The position numbers were made by a program, and so were the translations under genes. The notes under the pieces were generated by a model. That model was given only the letters and a program-made list of their open reading frames with translations, made no database searches and was not told the DNA's origin. A stretch of DNA of 26,361 nt from the NCBI GenBank assembly GCA_041498975.1, contig JBGQJI010000021.1, positions 1 to 26,361 on the forward strand, given 5' to 3'. Shown in pieces: positions 26,115 through 26,361 of this stretch; the stretch's first letter is position 1, and each line of letters begins with the position of its first letter. Source of the stretch: Candidatus Methylomirabilis sp. (GTDB lineage Bacteria > Methylomirabilota > Methylomirabilia > Methylomirabilales > Methylomirabilaceae).

Positions 26115-26361
26115 TGGTCAGCCTATCGAGCCGCGCCAGGAACACCAGCCCGTCCGCGACGCTCGCCATCGCCTCCACTGCCAAGCGGATGAAGGCAGAG
26201 GGGTTCGACGTCGTGGACTTTGGCCTCGGCGAGCCGGATTTTGAAACGCCGGCGCATGTCAAGGAGGCAGCGATCCAGGCCATTCGCGAGGGGTTCACAA
26301 AGTATACGGCCGCCGGCGGGATCGATGAGCTGAAGGAAGCGATCATCACCAAACTGAAGCG
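26111..26361 (+). CDS. aspC: PLP-dependent class I/II (aspartate-type) aminotransferase, 3' truncated
   Basis: Manual translation: MMVSLSSRARNTSPSATLAIASTAKRMKAEGFDVVDFGLGEPDFETPAHVKEAAIQAIREGFTKYTAAGGIDELKEAI. ATGA overlap with coaD. Confidence 0.85.
   Translation, partial: MMVSLSSRARNTSPSATLAIASTAKRMKAEGFDVVDFGLGEPDFETPAHVKEAAIQAIREGFTKYTAAGGIDELKEAIITKLK

Overview
GC-rich bacterial chromosomal segment, almost entirely + strand and mostly housekeeping. The gene order resembles Desulfobacterota/Nitrospirota/Methylomirabilota-type genomes (inference, not tested). Order: end of a type IV pilus operon (partial pilP; a 1199-aa pilQ in which each periplasmic module appears twice), two lower-GC secreted hypothetical proteins and a terminator, a GATase1-like protein, aroC-aroK-aroB-TPR protein-aroQ-efp-accB-accC-thiE, a branched-chain amino acid-type ABC transporter (livK1, livK2, livH, livM, livG, livF, third binding protein), tsaC/sua5, rel/spoT, rpmB (- strand), rsmD, coaD and a partial aspC-like aminotransferase. 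I saw no rRNA, tRNA, CRISPR array or mobile element. Most interesting: (1) PilQ with a tandem-duplicated N0+coiled-coil module, followed by an uncharacterised secreted-protein cassette; (2) a readable fossil of a liv operon duplication, in which livK paralogues sit exactly 1571 bp apart with diverged ligand pockets, separated by a decayed livH'-'livM fusion made by a 906-bp microhomology deletion; (3) a near-consensus promoter hidden in the 3' end of aroB, a candidate Ile/Leu/Pro-Pro leader peptide before livK1, and two genes whose best SD points to a non-canonical start codon.
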